DNA of 24,607 bases from an uncultured Legionella sp. (lineage in GTDB: Bacteria; Pseudomonadota; Gammaproteobacteria; Legionellales; Legionellaceae), in NCBI GenBank assembly GCA_964509745.1, contig CAZDYY010000001.1, forward strand, positions 1-24,607, in the 5' to 3' direction. Below are positions 23,513 to 24,607 of the stretch, one piece after another. A program made the position numbers and the translations under genes. How positions within the stretch are numbered: the first letter of the stretch is position 1; every line of letters begins with the position of its first letter. Under the pieces are notes generated by a model. The model did not search any database and had not been told where the DNA came from. It worked only from the letters and a program-made list of their open reading frames with translations.

Positions 23513-24607
23513 TTATTGCACTGAGTATAACAGATCCAGACCGTTGCCAGCGTCGCTGGCGGACACCTGGATGGTAAAGAATTTGTTTAACAGGTATTTA
23601 ATAATGAATACATTACTGTCTTTCTGTAGTAAGCCTATGTTGTAACTCAGGTATATTCGTTTCGACAGTGCCTTGCCTACGCCAATTGCGGTATTCTCTG
23701 TGGTTTGACTGGTTTTCTGGTTAAATTGCGAGGTATTCTGCAAATTAATATCAAGCCCCAGGCTTTCCTTCAGCTCTGACCACAATTGTGTTCCCTTGGT
23801 TCCTGTATCCAGATTCATTGCTGAAAAGGCAGCCAGCAGCAGCTTGCCGCCGGATTGACTGGCCTGATTGGCTGGCTTTCCAAGTAACAGCATGGACAGG
23901 ATGTCCGCCTGGGATAAACTGGACGGAATGGAGAACAGTTTGATTTTAGGTGTGGTTAGATGGCCTGTGACCGCAACCCCTACAGTTAAATGATTTCCAA
24001 AATCAATGGATTGCAGGTTGGTCGAGCTAAAATCAAACAGTTGATTTGATCCTGAAAACCCGGCGGTATTGTTAAAGTTGCGAACGGCACGCAGATTGAT
24101 GTCAGGATTTGTAATGAGCCCTCCGGTGAACAACAGCCGGCCCTGGCTAATGTCGAGATTCTGTCCATATGCGCTATAGGTTCCATCGCGGATGGTTAAC
24201 TCACCGGTGGAACGCATCTGCGCACCGGGTGATTGTTTGAGTTGTATTTCACCGTCGAGAAACCCGTGCAATCCCTGCACATCAATCCGGACATTATCTC
24301 CCATTCTGATCGAGATGTCGGTGTTAACCTTCATTGCCATGGGGGAGACGGGTTTTTCATCGCTGACAAATACCACATCATCCGTCAGGTTGACGGTGTT
24401 GGCGAACGACATGGGTTTCAGTTTTGCCTCAGGAACAAGGATCTGGCCTTTGACCGCCAGCGTGTCAGGTTGAATCTCCAGAATGAGCCGGGGTGAAAGA
24501 CTGACGCTGTACTCAGCAGTCTGGACTGCAGGAAAATGATCGCCATTTATTGCAATCTGTCCTGATATCCTGGGTGAAAATTCACCTTGTCCCTTTATTT
24601 CCAGAGC
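23513..24607 (-). CDS. tamB: Translocation and assembly module TamB (DUF490), C-terminal part; 5' end outside the window
   Basis: Frame is open from the window edge (ALEIKGQGEFSPRISG...) to the stop at 23513. GTYSAYGQNL.I..G.L.F.G, NPDINLRAVR, LSQADILSMLLLG, GKALSKRIYLSY motifs. Confidence 0.88.
   Translation of the reverse strand, partial: ALEIKGQGEFSPRISGQIAINGDHFPAVQTAEYSVSLSPRLILEIQPDTLAVKGQILVPEAKLKPMSFANTVNLTDDVVFVSDEKPVSPMAMKVNTDISIRMGDNVRIDVQGLHGFLDGEIQLKQSPGAQMRSTGELTIRDGTYSAYGQNLDISQGRLLFTGGLITNPDINLRAVRNFNNTAGFSGSNQLFDFSSTNLQSIDFGNHLTVGVAVTGHLTTPKIKLFSIPSSLSQADILSMLLLGKPANQASQSGGKLLLAAFSAMNLDTGTKGTQLWSELKESLGLDINLQNTSQFNQKTSQTTENTAIGVGKALSKRIYLSYNIGLLQKDSNVFIIKYLLNKFFTIQVSASDAGNGLDLLYSVQ

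Noticed and set aside
1-24607. Mobile element, prophage, CRISPR, tRNA/rRNA or repeated DNA-uptake sequences
   Set aside because: No integrase, transposase or phage ORFs, no spaced direct repeats, no RNA-gene signatures and no recurring 9-10-mer noticed by eye. A k-mer count would be needed to exclude weak uptake sequences.

Overview
Gammaproteobacterial chromosomal segment. The gene set and protein style suggest Legionellales/Coxiellaceae, but this is inference only. The left ~16 kb is an unusually consolidated type IVa pilus locus in two divergent arms. Minus arm: pilA-pilB-pilC-pilE-pilZ plus a Cys-rich lipoprotein cut by the window edge. Plus arm: pilMNOPQ, a PilF/PilW pilotin, a GspB/MshK-like protein, the minor pilins fimT-pilW-pilX-pilV and a DUF4124 gene. 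pilD, pilT/U and pilY1 are not in the window. Between pilA and pilM sits a two-gene signalling cassette. The first gene encodes an atypical REC-HisKA-Hpt protein with no ATP-binding (HATPase) domain and a degenerate receiver. The second encodes a REC-EAL c-di-GMP phosphodiesterase with intact motifs. This cassette is the best candidate for an undescribed system. The right ~8.5 kb is housekeeping: FmdB zinc ribbon, DUF502, large MscS/MscK channel, mutH, a membrane protein, mpl, yihY and the 3' part of a convergent tamB. No RNA genes, CRISPR arrays or mobile elements were seen. All family assignments come from motif recognition by eye, not database searches.
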